Below are positions 1-12,455 of a stretch of DNA of 64,000 nt, piece after piece; position 1 is the stretch's first letter; the number at the start of each line of letters is the position of its first letter. The stretch spans positions 129,270,001 to 129,334,000 of the forward strand of contig NC_042997.1 in the NCBI RefSeq assembly GCF_006345805.1, given 5' to 3'. Both the position numbers and the translations under genes were made by a program. The notes beneath the pieces were generated by a model, which was given only the letters and a program-made list of their open reading frames with translations, made no database searches and was not told the origin of the DNA. The stretch comes from Octopus sinensis. Its lineage: Eukaryota.

Positions 1-68
1 ACAGGTCCAGTATGGCGCTGAGACATTGAAGACATCTGAGAGAATCCAGTTTTCACATGTAGACTAAC
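1..68 (-). CDS. ATP9B: ATP9 exon (partial, runs off window): VSLHVKTGFSQMSSMSQRHTGP
   Basis: Acceptor TTTCTTCCATAG at 69-80, phase 0. The peptide loosely matches the segment after TMDE in ATP9A/B. Confidence 0.8.
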
Positions 69-539
69 CTATGGAAGAAAAAATGAGCAATTGTTACAAA
101 ACAAGTTAAATTAAAGTTAACAAAGTTAATGCAGTGAACAAATAAACTACAAATAATTACATGGTGGAGAAAAAACAATATTAGCCAATGACTAATATTA
201 TTATTTCAGTTACTTACAAAAGATAACTTTGAACATGATTTGGTTTTATTAAACATCCTCAAAGAAGAACAGACTTCACTGTACTTCCCAAAGTAATGAT
301 GAGTGAATCACTACATAAATGCATGAGTGTACACATGTAGGTTTGAACATTAAATATTTTGAAGAATAAATTACTGAGAGAAATCATAACTCAACACAGT
401 TAATCTAATCCATGTCTACATATATTACATTAATAAAGCTAGATTAATCCATGTCTACATACAGTAATACAGCTAACATAATCCCTTCTACATTCATGAC
501 AATAATAGTTAATCCAGTAAGTCCAACTTTAAATAGTGG

Positions 540-780
540 ACAATTTTGTGTCTTCCTTCAGCTTGCCTGAAGCCTCAACCTCCTATGGAATTGTACAGGT
601 GCTACCATGACATACTTTTCACCAGTGTTCACCATTTGCTACAGCTGTATGTGGTAAAATCCAAATCGGTCAGCATCATCAAACTGACCTTCCTGGACTT
701 CCTTGGTGTAATGGTAAAGCCCATCTCCTCATAGTTTCTCACTGTTTGTCAGGACATGATCCAGAACCATACCAAGGATA
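540..780 (-). mobile_element. Degenerate RTE-clade reverse transcriptase fragment
   Basis: Minus frame reads MGFTITPRKSRKVSLMMLTDLDF, resembling the RTE motif GFT..PR.SRR......TDLDFADD. Frameshifts follow. Confidence 0.6.
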
Positions 781-1434
781 AAGTATACCAACATGTCACC
801 TTATAGGACTCCAACTCACAACTCAACTATTCAGAAAAAGCATAAAATGGTCCTCTTTTTGATGATTGGTTAATACTAAGAGCATCTAGATATTGGAACA
901 ATATCTGTTCAAATTTACATAACATCAAGGTAAAATGAATATAAATAAATCCTACATGGCTATAAACAACTTGATCAAGCCACTGTGTTAAGAGTGATAT
1001 GTTAGTAAAGAAATGGTAGGAATAGCTGAATGCAACCTCGCTTAGAGAATAACTATTCAACAAGTAAACATTCAGATTACAAGTGATAAATTAACTATTA
1101 TAAAAAATATTTTCACAAAATGAAAATTGTTTCTACTCTGATATCTTTCTTGTAAATTATTCTGACACTGTTTGAAACTACTAAACATTTTTTTTTTACT
1201 CTGTTAATTCAATACTTCATCATTAAGTCAACACATCTGTCTACTCAGCTGAAAGTTCAGTGGATTGTTCACAATAAAATACAGCACCACTACTATGAAA
1301 GCCTCACAACTCTTCAGCCAAGAACAACTTTATATGAGCTTAGCTTATTTTTATTTCCCTTTATAAAAATGTTCAAATAAATGCCTTAATTATATAGTGA
1401 CAAAAGTCTGGACTTTCACTGAAAATGTTCTCAC

Positions 1435-1491
1435 CTCATCCATCGTATCAGAAGCAAAAGATACTGTGCCAAGATGAAGCCTTTTGAAAAC
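1435..1491 (-). CDS. ATP9B: ATP9 exon: VFKRLHLGTVSFASDTMDE
   Basis: AG acceptor 1492-1493, GTGAGA donor, 19 codons. Near-identical to ATP9 IFKRLHLGTVSYG. Confidence 0.96.
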
Positions 1492-1825
1492 CTGACAAAA
1501 TAGAGAAAACTTTAGTCAATATGTTATACTAACAGGTACACAAATGATTTATATAATCAGCAAGCAACTTCATTTCTGTTTTGATGTTTTGAACTACTCA
1601 TTTCAGCTTTATGAAATGGACTGTAACAATTGGTGTTATAATGTTCTGGCCGTTTTTGTTCAAGCACTCTACATTTTGTGATTTAGATTTTATTTAGTTC
1701 TAGGACTGAAGAGTAATATTTGTTTACATTTGAATATTTGTTTACATTTACTTTTTAATAATGTTTGAGCAGAATTGTTTGATTGTTGTTGCTTGACAGG
1801 GCAGGCCTATGATCCAAAATGTCCC

Positions 1826-2095
1826 ATCATCATCATTTAACATCTATTGTCCATGCTGGCATGGGTTGGATGGTTTGACTGGGCTGGCATGCTGCACCAG
1901 ACTCCAGTCTAATTTGGCATGGTCTTCTACTGCTAGATGCACATCCTAACACCAATCACTCCAAGAGTGTAATAGGTACATTTACATGCCACTGACACAT
2001 GTGCCAATTTGCATGACACGGTATCTGCCACAACTGCAATTTTGCTCAGCTTGATGGGTCTTCTCAAGCACAAATATCACATATTTTCTTCTTTT
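1826..2095 (-). mobile_element. RTE 3'-end / RTE-tailed SINE fragment
   Basis: Reverse copy of the recurrent CCAACCCATGC(T/C)AGCATGG...TTAAA(T/C)GATGATGAT terminus. Confidence 0.8.
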
Positions 2096-2139
2096 CAAGA
2101 GGGAAGGGTGGAGTGATTCTTGATCACATAGAGGCACTC

Positions 2140-2362
2140 ATTTGCTCACGAGCTGAGGGGTCTTTGTCTTGCAAATTATTTGGCAACTCTGCTGGTGTGC
2201 ACCTAGTACACTATAAAGTAGTTGATGTTAGGAAGGGCATCAAACAGTAGAAACCATGCCTGAGCAGACAATGGGACCCGGTGCAGCTCTCTGGCTTGCC
2301 TGCTCCTGTCAAACCATCCAACCCATGCCAGCATAGAAGACAGGCATTAAATGATGAGGATC
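2140..2362 (+). mobile_element. RTE 3'-end / RTE-tailed SINE fragment
   Basis: AGGAAGGGCATC...AACCCATGCCAGCAT...TTAAATGATGAG family terminus. Confidence 0.75.
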
Positions 2363-2788
2363 TATGCATATGTGCACAAATATTGTGCTTAAATACACAT
2401 ATTACTACTCAAAGTTAATTTACACATCTCAAAAAACAAATAAATCTAAAATTCCTATGTAAAAATTATAGATTGTAAAAAAGTTGGACATCAAACCTTA
2501 AAACTGATCTAATCAAATTGGTCAAAAGTTTACATTTTCATTATAAAATAGATTTTCCAATCAAATCTTGGTTGTAATATTGATAGCAGAACCAAAATGA
2601 AAGCATCTGCAACTTACAAGCACAAACTGAAAACAATCTCAAATTTACTATTTATGCATAAGTGTTAATTTAATCACCATAATGGGTATGGTATATCATT
2701 TGCAATACTGAGATATCAACAAAGGACAAGTAGAATCATTTGCTACTGGATCCCTTGTTTTAAATCACATTTTTTTTGTTTATTTTGG

Positions 2789-3260
2789 ATCATCATCATC
2801 GTTTAACGTCTGCTTTCCATGCTAGCATGGGTTGGACACTTTGACTGAGGACTGGCAAACCAGATGGCTGCACCAGGCTCTAATCTGATCTGGCAGAGTT
2901 TCTACAGCTGGATGCCCTTCCTAACACCAACCGCTCCGAGAGTGTAGTGAGTGCTTTTACATGCCACTGGCATGGAGGCCAGTCAGGCAGTACTGGCAAC
3001 GGCCAGGCTCAAACGGTGTTTATTACATATCACCTGTCCAGCAGCACTGGCAATGACCTTGCTCAAATGTTGTTTTTCACATGCCACCAGCACAAGTGAC
3101 AGTAAGGTGATGCTGGTAATGATCATGCTCGAATGGTGCTTTTTACATGCCACTGGCACAGGGGCCAGTCAGCGGCCCTGGCAATGATCACACTCAGATG
3201 GTGCTCTTAGCGCTCCAATAGCATGGATGCCAGTCATGCAGTGCTGTCATCGAATTTGAT
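2789..3260 (-). mobile_element. RTE 3'-UTR / SINE copy with internal repeats
   Basis: (CAT)n tail at the left end and repeated TTTTACATGCCAC units, as in other copies. Confidence 0.85.
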
Positions 3261-3452
3261 TTCAATACCCTACATAAAATTAGGGATTTTCTTTTAAGTA
3301 GAAAAGTATTCACTCTATTTTCTTTATTTTATCTCAGAACATTTTTTCATTCATTTTAAGACCATAACCATGATAACTATCAATTAACTAATTACATTTT
3401 TAGATATCATCTTGCCTAATCTATTAATAAAGTATTATAGAAAAAATATTAC

Positions 3453-3618
3453 CATTTCGTTCTGTGTTAGGGTTCCAGTTTTATCAGACATCAAGTAACT
3501 AATCCGTCCCAATTCCTCTGCAATTGTTGTACTGCGAGCAATTGTTCCTTCAATATTTTTATCTTTTTGAATCATCCAAGAATAGACAGCCTTTCCCATG
3601 TCCAGGTTCACACGTAAA
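3453..3618 (-). CDS. ATP9B: ATP9 exon with phosphorylation motif [11 protein letters not shown]
   Basis: 1+55 codons, [14 protein letters not shown]...[16 protein letters not shown] boundaries, phase 2 in and phase 0 out. Confidence 0.98.
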
Positions 3619-3752
3619 CTAGAAAGCCAAACATTAAACAAATGGTCTTCATTAATCAACTACATTATACGAGTTCAGTTTAAATTGGAAATATATCAGC
3701 AGCTAATTAACAAGCATTTAATATTGTTTGTAGAAGTGAAAGAAGAACTTAC

Positions 3753-3823
3753 CTAATAGGAATTATATAAGAAAATAACAAAATATATCTGAAGAGGTAT
3801 ATATACCAAGGTCCACCAAATCC
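3753..3823 (-). CDS. ATP9B: ATP9 exon, M4 helix: GFGGPWYIYLFRYILLFSYIIPI(S)
   Basis: 71 nt with GTAAGT donor. Joins the next exon to form the P4-ATPase PISL motif. Confidence 0.97.
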
Positions 3824-4345
3824 CTGAAAAATATTTTAAACAAACAACTTGTTTAAAAATGAAAATAAAATATAACATTAAGTTATAACCATTGTATTTT
3901 GGTTATTTCAGTATCAAATTTGCAGGGCTCAAATTCTCCCACTTGGTGGTGAGAGTTGCTATATATCCCTCACGTTTATTTAATTAACTAATTGAACATC
4001 TAGGTGGTGGTGTTTGGCATTCCAGCCACAATCATTCTATATTTTAATCAGTTATTACATAACACAATATCCAATATGTCCTTCATATTTTCAGGCAGTA
4101 AAGTATTGGAAAATTTGTCTGCTATTTTTTGCAGGTTAAGTGATTATAGAAGTTCTCTGAGTACAACATTGAAGTGTGAACCACAGCCAGAACTCTGAAT
4201 ATTCCTGGATTTTACCTGGTTTAAGATCACATGATACACTCAGGTGAGAATATAAAAGGGATCAGATTTAGGTTTCTGATATTTTCTTCAGTCTAACAGC
4301 ATAGTCCAATACTTAAAGTGACCGCCACACTCCAATTAATATGTT

Positions 4346-4642
4346 GTGGAGGCACATGGCCTAGTGGTTAGAGCAGCAGACTCGCAGTCGAGGGATCACG
4401 GGTTCAAATCTTAAACCGGGCGATGTGTGTGTTTATGAGTGAAACACCTAAGCTCCACGCAGCTCCGGCAGAAGGTAATGGCAAACTTCTGCAGACTCTT
4501 TCGCCACAACTTTCTCTCACTTTTTCCTCCTGCATCTTGCAGCTCACCTGCAATGGACCGGCATCCCATCCAGGTGGGGAACCTATACGCCAAGGAAACC
4601 GGGAAACTGGCCCTTATGAGCCAGGTGTGGCTCGAGAAGGAA
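4346..4642 (+). mobile_element. Young tRNA-derived SINE
   Basis: A box TGGCCTAGTGG, B box GGTTCAAATC. Flanked by the 13-bp direct repeat CAATTAATATGTT (4333-4345 and 4643-4655). CpGs retained. Confidence 0.9.
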
Positions 4643-5064
4643 CAATTAATATGTTCCATTATAATGGCCAAAGAAATATTTTAATTTCAATTTTTCAAAA
4701 TTTTAAATTAAATATCAAAGTAAAGAGATTTTCTTTCAATAATAGTAAATATGGAATCCTGATGAAAGAAAAGTCAGACAATATCAATATAGAACAAAAG
4801 ATAAATCCAAATAAGATTCAGAAAAGATACAATGGAAGAATATTATGTTGAAAAGGAGGAATTATTTGGTTCAATAATTAAAAATAATAACTTCAGTAAT
4901 GTTTGTACTTCCAAAGTTATATAAATGACAAATGTTTTCAAAATTATCCCAGCTTGGACAATGGGACATAAAATGGATAAAAACTGAAGTACAAAGGATA
5001 TAGTGAAGAAAATATGAATAAATATAGGTTAATACTTGGTAAGAGAAATGAATTATGAATTTAC

Positions 5065-5154
5065 CTTTAGTATAATCATAACAATTGCTAAGATGACAAC
5101 AGCCAGAAATAATACTTTGGTGATATTGTTGATCTCAACATCAAGCAATCCTAC
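5065..5154 (-). CDS. ATP9B: ATP9 exon, M3 helix: VGLLDVEINNITKVLFLAVVILAIVMIILK
   Basis: 30 codons, TTTCAG acceptor, GTAAAT donor. Confidence 0.96.
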
Positions 5155-5910
5155 CTGAAAAAGCAAAATATAAATAAAATAATAATAATTATTAAAGTGA
5201 AAGTTATCACAATCAAATGAATAGCTTCCATTTCTTACCCCAAACTTAAAAGTATATTCAGTTTTTATTATGTCACAGAATCTTTTGGTAGGATTTGGTT
5301 TCAGAACAACAATCTAAAGATACTTCCCATTTATAATTCACCATCATCAACACCATTTTACATCCACTTTCTATGTTGACATGAGTTTGACAAGTTATGA
5401 TGAACTCTTAGTTCTTATTCAGAGCTACTGTCCTCATAGCTGCCTCAAAAGACAACATCATAGTCATACACTTCATTTTTGGTTGCTATGGCTAACACCA
5501 ACCACTCTAGAGTACACTAGGTTCACTATATCATGGCACTAGCTCAAGAGAAGTGGTCATATCATTGACAAGATTAAATGGTCCTCTCAACCCCCACATC
5601 TCCATTAGTTTGCCAAATACTTTACAGAGTGTTCTGGATGGATGTTATAATGGCACCAACATTAATGGGGTTGCCTAATATCCCATATGTAGTTCTACAT
5701 AATTAAGAGTAGTCAATTATGTAATAAAATACCTTGATTCCAGATTAAAAGTGTCTATCAGATACATGAAATATCTTAAAGCATCTGTACTGATTGAATA
5801 AAAACAGACATTTCACAGCATACCAAGCTATAATATGAGCATTTATCAAACCATTCTTTAAATAGTAACCTGCACATCCAAATCTCACAAAATAACTGAA
5901 ATTTACTTAC

Positions 5911-6060
5911 TTTGCTCTTTGGCTGTGATGTATTCATCACACTGCGTGTATCCATACCAGTATAAATGACTAATCCTAAAGCAGTACCAGAAGCAATCAC
6001 TGTGTTTGCCCATAATACATTTTCAATACTCAAAGAAGCTTCAGCGCTATTTTCACCTGT
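5911..6060 (-). CDS. ATP9B: ATP9 exon: [25 protein letters not shown]...[13 protein letters not shown]
   Basis: 50 codons, TTCTTCAG acceptor, GTAAGT donor. Matches ATP9 [26 protein letters not shown]. Confidence 0.97.
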
Positions 6061-6538
6061 CTGAAGAAATCAAACAAAACCAAAGTTAGTAAGAAATAGA
6101 ATCAAAGGTAGGGAATATCTTTCAGTCTTTGTAAAACATTCAATTTTTCTATAAAACATTTTATTACTGGTAATTATGTAAATATACACCAACAATAACA
6201 ACAATACACTGCAATACAAAATATTGATACTCTTGAATTCTATTCTTTAGTTTAATCCCTAATTTCAATGTTACTGAAATGTCCTTTTTTGAATTTCTAG
6301 ATTTACAAAGACATCTTTTTGTATTTAAAAAGAAAATAAATTACATAACTTAGCACTACCACATCTATGTTGAAAAAATCTCATTTTCTTACAACTTCAC
6401 ATTATATTTTATCACTAAATATTTTTTACAATGTTGCCTCTTCTGAGGCACTTACTGATATTTTGTCCTTGTTTTCTTGTTAAACCATTGATATGCAACA
6501 TGATAAACTATATACATATATGTATATATATTACATAA

Positions 6539-6772
6539 AAAGCACCATTCGAGCGTAGTCAATGCCAATACTGCCTGACTGGAACCTCATGCTGGGGGCA
6601 TGTAAAAAGCACCCACTACACTCTCAGAGTGGCTGGTGTTAGGAAGGGCATCCAGCTGTAGAAACCTTGCCAGATCAGATTGAAGCCTGGTGTAGCCTTC
6701 TGATTTGTCAGTCCTCAGTCAAACCATCCAACCCATGCTACCATGGAAAGCAGTTGTTAAATGATGATGATT
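6539..6772 (+). mobile_element. RTE 3'-end / SINE copy
   Basis: Family body and (GAT)n tail. Confidence 0.85.
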
Positions 6773-7229
6773 GCTCCTACTGCTAAATGTAATTAAACAA
6801 AATGAGATTTGCTCAAAATTTTCACACAATGATTCCAAAAGGATTGAAACCCCTTATCACTAAACTATTCAAGTTTCTATTTGGACAATCAAAGAATATT
6901 TAAGTTACAGGCATTACAGAGGAATGAATGCTTAGATTAACTATAAATATACCAATTATTTTAATGAAAATTAACCATAATACCAGGCATTAATGTACAG
7001 TTAAGAAATTCACTATGCAGCCTAGGGTTTTAGGTTGAGTACCACTGTGCAGCACTTTGGATAAGCATCTTTAACTGAAGTCTCACATCAACTAATGTTG
7101 TGAGAGTGAAATTTTTCAGATGGGAATTATGCAGAAGCTTATCATATGTATGTGCAAGCAGCAACACTATCCAGTTTCATGCTCATATGTGTTTGAGTGA
7201 ATGCCAAGGTTAGGAATCACACCTCACAC

Positions 7230-7930
7230 ATCCATAGCATTTTTAGCAAGGTTTCTGCAACTGAATGCCCTTGTTAACACCAGCATTTTACAAATGTAAT
7301 CAGCACGTTTTTATACACTCAGCAAAAGTAAAGAGACTTCTTGACCTACATTGTCTCCATTTGTTTGTCAACCATTTTATAGGATGTTTTAGGTGCATTT
7401 TTTCATGGCACCAGCACTAGTGAGGTTGCCTTGTGTCATGTAAAACTACAGAGTGGTCACTACTCTATGTTATCTCCATTTATTCAAGCCATCATGATCA
7501 AGAAGGTGAATAAAAGAGAGAGAGTATGATAGAAGCAACAGAGTAACTGGGGTAAGGGGTGGTAGAGGAGGGAGTAATGGGAGAGACACATGGGTGGCAA
7601 TTACATGCTGGTTGGTAATAAAGAGAAAACAAGAGATGGATGGAAATAGAGATGGGTGATGGTAAGAGAAAGAAAGTTAATAATGATCGGCCTGGGAAGT
7701 TTTGATGCCCAGCAGTGCAGAAGAGTGATGATGGTATGTATCCCATAGAAATAGATCTAATGCAATTCTTTGTTATATAAGCATCATGACAGGAAATGGA
7801 TGGATAGAGTGGTAAGGGTGATGGCAGGAGGTGGATTGAATATGGACAGATCTAATGCCATCTTCATTCTACAGGCAGTATGGAACAGTGAGAGAATAGA
7901 TGAGAGGATGAATGTTAGATGAAATGTGAT
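7230..7930 (-). mobile_element. Degraded RTE long 3'-UTR (purine-rich on the plus strand)
   Basis: Similar in composition and motifs to 22500-23340 and 57150-58140. Confidence 0.55.
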
Positions 7931-8274
7931 TGAGGATAGGAGAGAAGGATGGATGAATAGATATATATGCATTTATCTAGATAGGTAAATATAAATGTAT
8001 ATGTATTTATATGTGTACATATATCAACATCAGACAATAGAACTAGTACATTGAACAAAATATTGTATTTCATTCTACGCGAGTTGCCTTTTCTGACACC
8101 CACTCAACTTTGCCTTTCATCTTTTATGAGATCAATAAAAAAAAGATACCAGACAAAGTACTGGGGTTGATATAACAAACTAAAATAAACCCCTGACAGT
8201 GGTACCCTAGTAAGTCCACATGCTAATGACTGAAACCAGTAAATGAATAAAATAAATCATATTAATTTACTGAC

Positions 8275-8355
8275 CATAGTAAATGTTCCAACGAAACTAT
8301 GAATATCTTTGCTTGGCTTCTCAGCATAAACATGCGCTGTAATATCTAGTAGACT
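8275..8355 (-). CDS. ATP9B: ATP9 exon: SLLDITAHVYAEKPSKDIHSFVGTFTM
   Basis: 27 codons, TGCAG acceptor, GTCAGT donor. Matches ATP9 YVYAQKPQMDIHSFEGTFT. Confidence 0.95.
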
Positions 8356-9439
8356 CTGCAATTAGATAACACAAACAGAAAATTAGTTTTCATCTTAATA
8401 AATATCTTTAGCCAATGACTGAAAACAGAAGCAACATAGAAGTATGTTCATATTAAAAGTACTGTCAAACAAAGATAGAAAATCACTAAAAATATTCCAT
8501 TTTTGCTACTGCAAGAATCAACATACACCAAGGTTAGTCAATTTAGATAATATATATACTTTGGTTATAGGTTTTATTCCCAGAATCAGATCATCATCTT
8601 CATTTAATATCCATGTTCCATGTTGGATGGTTTGACAAGATCCAATGAGCCCAAGGACTGCTTCATGCTGCAATGTCTGTTTTGGCATGGTTTCTACAGC
8701 TTGAAGACTTTCTTAACACCAACCACTTTTCAGTGTATACTAGGTGTTTTTTTCATGCCACCAGCACTAGTGAGGTTGCTATGTAGCTGGTGAGACTACA
8801 AACCTTAAGATAGGTGAATGTTATCAAGAAATTCAGCTCAGGTTTAAAGAATTCACTTAGTTGGCATAAACGATGATGATGATGACTGACTGCATAGTCC
8901 AGTATAAAGGTCAAACTGAAGCACTAACCAAACAGTTACCATATGATAGGTTTGTTGGATCAGGCTGGACTGGTGGCTACACAGCAGCAACACAAGTAAT
9001 ACAAATTATATGGATCAGAGCTAACAAGTGACTGAGTTGCCTATAATTTTACTAAGATGAAAAAAGTTCATTCAACAAGTTCAAACCTTGAGCTCTTACA
9101 CTGATTTTATCTTCTCTAAAGTGATGTTTTATAAGGAAAAAAAAAAAACTTTAATTCCTTAAAATAGTTTAGCAACTTGTTATTGTTTATTTCTGGGTTA
9201 GTCCTGGCTGAGCAGACTTATTAGCAGAAGTATTACAATTATAACATCCATTCTTTTTATACATGAGCTACATTGTCCTTGCTTTTTTTTTTTTTAAGGA
9301 AGTAAGATCCTTTATTGGTTTATTTAGTAAAGAGTAGTTTTTAATAAATGAATTTTTTTTATACCTGACTTGTACAGTGACAATTTGTCACTTGTCCATT
9401 TCCTAGGGAACTCACTCAGTGCAGACAAAGACCAAAAGT

Positions 9440-9656
9440 CTATTTTTTGGCATTTAAACCAGTCACATCAAGCCCAAATATTCTACCGATTTGTGTTCAA
9501 ACAAGCCAGATTTAATCTCTCACACCTACCATACAATGTAATTCTAAAAAATAAATTGTCACCAAAAGCTTGAAGCTAAGAGATAATGCATGATTAATTC
9601 AAAAGAAGGTGAATAAATAAGCATTACATTAGACAGAGTAATATAAGAATTAGAGT
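9440..9656 (-). mobile_element. MITE, same family as 10301-10521, inverted
   Basis: The reverse complement aligns over about 210 bp with 10301-10521 (TAATGCTTATTTAT...TTTTAGAAT.ACATTG...TTTAAATGC). Confidence 0.75.
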
Positions 9657-9704
9657 ACAATGTAGAGTTAAATTTATAAAACCAGACATAAATTAGATTC
9701 ATAC

Positions 9705-9851
9705 TTCATCTGAGGGAAGATGCTGAGTAGACTGCAAAGCTATACGTAATTTCCAATCTGTTTCACCATCCATTTGGTCTGTTCGAATAAAGCAAGACCC
9801 AACTTTTTCTGTTGTCCGAATTAAAACCATATCAGCAGGCACTCGTTGGTT
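9705..9851 (-). CDS. ATP9B: ATP9 exon, actuator domain with DGET motif
   Basis: [36 protein letters not shown]..., 49 codons, AG/GTATG boundaries. Confidence 0.98.
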
Positions 9852-10024
9852 CTGAAAGGAGAAAATGAAAATTAGCAAGTAAATTAAGGAATAACAATTT
9901 TGATTCTAGACAATATTGGGAGTTATGAAATTTTCAACAACTGGACTTATCTAATTTTAATTAAATCTAAATTAGATTTTATTAACAAAACTACAAGATT
10001 GAATGATATAAAAAGAATAACTAT

Positions 10025-10615
10025 GCATAGGTGCAAGCATGGCTGTGTGGCTTTAAGCTTGCTCTGAAACCACATGGTTTCAGGTTCAGTCCCACTGGGC
10101 AAGTGCCTTCCACTATAGCCTCAGGTTGACCAATTCTTCATGAGTAAATCTGGTAGACAGAAACTGTGTGGAAGCCTATCATGTATGTGTGTGCATCTGT
10201 GTCTGTCCTCTCAGCTTGACAACCAATGTTGGTTTGTTTACATCCCTGTGACTGAGTGGATTCAGCAAAAAAAGACTAATAGAATAATTACCAGACTTAA
10301 ACCTTTATCATTCAGATTAATTTATTAAATATAATGCTTATTTATCCTCATCTTTTAAAAATCAATCCTGTATTATCTCATAGCCTTGAGATTATGATGA
10401 TATGATTGTTTATTTTTAGAATGACATTGCAGGGTAGGTGTAAGAGGTTGGATCTGACCAGTTTCAACATAAAACTAGAAGAATATATAAGCCTGATATG
10501 GCTGATTTAAATGCTAAAGAGTTAAATAAGTACTGGGTTCGATTTGGTGGACTAAACCCTTATGGGAAGTGCCCCAGCATGGCCACAGTCCACTGAGTGA
10601 AACAAGCAAAAGATA
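10025..10615 (+). mobile_element. tRNA-derived SINE (family A) interrupted by a MITE
   Basis: Head GCATGGCTGTGTGG...GGTTCAGTCCCACT. The 3' part resumes after 10525. Confidence 0.75.
10301..10521 (+). mobile_element. piggyBac-like MITE with TTAA target duplication
   Basis: TTAA at 10297-10300 and 10522-10525. Imperfect TIRs ACCTTTATCATT / AATGCTAAAGAG. Confidence 0.75.
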
Positions 10616-10690
10616 TTTCTAGTGTTGGAGACAAGTGTATTTAGACTGTGTTGTAAGTGTAAATGAGAGAATATAAAAGATACTCTTTAC

Positions 10691-10858
10691 CTTTTCAACA
10701 GTTATTAAATCTCCAACTTTTATATTGGAACTAGGGAGTAATTTCAACCCATCACGTGTAAGTTTTCCATACAGTTGTGAGTTGGCTTCTTTATCTCTTC
10801 GGTACCGCTGATAATCATCGAAGCCTTCCCTCACCATTGTAACAAATATTACAAAGCA
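10691..10858 (-). CDS. ATP9B: ATP9 exon: CFVIFVTMVREGFDDYQRYRRDKEANSQLY...KVGDLITVEK
   Basis: 56 codons, TTTTATAG acceptor, GTAAAG donor. Confidence 0.97.
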
Positions 10859-11039
10859 CTATAAAAGAAAACAAGAAAATGTATTAAAATTTTACAAAAC
10901 ATTCCCTTCGGGGTCTGGAACAGTAAAAAACGAGAGGAACGAGCAATGTATCTTTTTATATATTAAAATATTTCGGGTAGAGAATTAGCAGAGATGGTAT
11001 AGCATCAAGCTAAATGCTCATAAAGTACTTATCATCATC

Positions 11040-11481
11040 ATCCTGGGCATGGATACATTGAAACTCCAACGTCTAGCAGCTGACTTGGCAGACACCCATA
11101 AAATTATTAACCATCTTACCAAAATAACTCTGAGCACCTTTTCAAACTACCTGTCTAACAGCCGTGGACATGTTTACAAAGTCAGAAAACAGCACAGTTC
11201 CCATGACTTTTGGAAACATTTTTTCATGCTAAGAGTTGCTGAAGCATGGAACAAACTGCCGGCATCAGTTGTTAGAGCACTGCATCCTTCAAAACTTCCA
11301 TGCTTCCTGAGATTCGCCAACACTACACCTGATTTTCTCTCCTCTATACACACGCAAGCATGTATCTGACTCATACACTGTTCACTTTCCAGACATTTGT
11401 ACATTACTGCATATTTTTTATACGCACTTTTGACAAGTTGTGGTGCACCTGAGCACTGTATACAATAATTTCATTATTATT
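11040..11481 (+). mobile_element. 5'-truncated CR1-clade LINE 3' end
   Basis: Translates to LQRLAADL...SRGHVYKVRKQ...FFMLRVAEAWNKLPASVV (CR1 ORF2 C-terminus). (ATT)n tail. Confidence 0.9.
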
Positions 11482-12230
11482 TTATATCATCTAATATCCA
11501 TTTTCCATGCTGGCATCGATTGGATGATTTCACACGGTATGGCGAGCCATAAAGCCATGTTGAACTCCAGTGTCAGCTTTGGCATAGTTTCTATGTTGAG
11601 TACCATTTCAAAACCCAACAACTTTACAGTATGTACTGGGTACTTTTTTGTACCACTGGCATTAGTGAGGTCACCAAGTAAGGTACAAAACAAAAATAGA
11701 AGGGGAGAAAAGGCAAAAAGCCCCAACGAGTGGGATATTTGGGAAGGGGAAGTGGCTTTAGGCCAGGTGCTGAAAGGCTACAGTATGAAGGAAGGACAAG
11801 TATCTTGCTACAGAAGGAATACATTATATAAAGGTGGATAGGTGGTAGTAGCTAGGAAGAAGATAAAGGTGGTGGCAGTAGTGATAGGGAGCCAGAGTAA
11901 GTTCAAATCCCACAAAGATCAACTCTGACTCTCATCCTTACAAAGTTAATACCAGTAATATCAGTATCAGTTCTTTCAATTGCACTCTTCTTTTCAAAAA
12001 TAGCCTTGTACCAAAATAAGAAACCAATATTAAAATCTGTATGACAAGGTGATATCAGGAATTATTTTACAAACAGAAATAAACCAACTGTCTTGAAACT
12101 AAAGAGATGCAACACAACAGTAAATATCATTTGGAACAAACTATACAGTTTAATTTAACTTCAAGCCTAACTCACTAGGGGATACCTATACGAGATCAGC
12201 CAGCCTAATGATGGTAAACACATGATGATG

Positions 12231-12231
<1 letters not shown>

Positions 12232-12261
<30 letters not shown>

Positions 12262-12455
12262 AATTATTGTATACAGTGCTCAGGTGCACCACAAAAGTGC
12301 ATATAAAGCATATGCAGTAATGTACAATTGTCTGGCAAGTGAACAGCGTATGAGTCAGATACAAGCTTGCGTGTGTATGGAGGGGAGAAAATCAGGTGTA
12401 GTGTTCGCGAATCTCAGGAAGCATGGAAGTTTTGAAGGATGCAGGAAACACAGAA
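12232..12455 (-). mobile_element. CR1 3' end, same family as 11040
   Basis: Reverse complement closely matches about 11280-11481. (AAT)n tail at 12232-12258. Confidence 0.9.

Noticed and set aside
4346-4420. tRNA gene (and 142-aa ORF 4423-4851)
   Set aside because: No complete cloverleaf. It continues into a SINE body with a TSD, and the ORF merely reads through the SINE into AT-rich flank.
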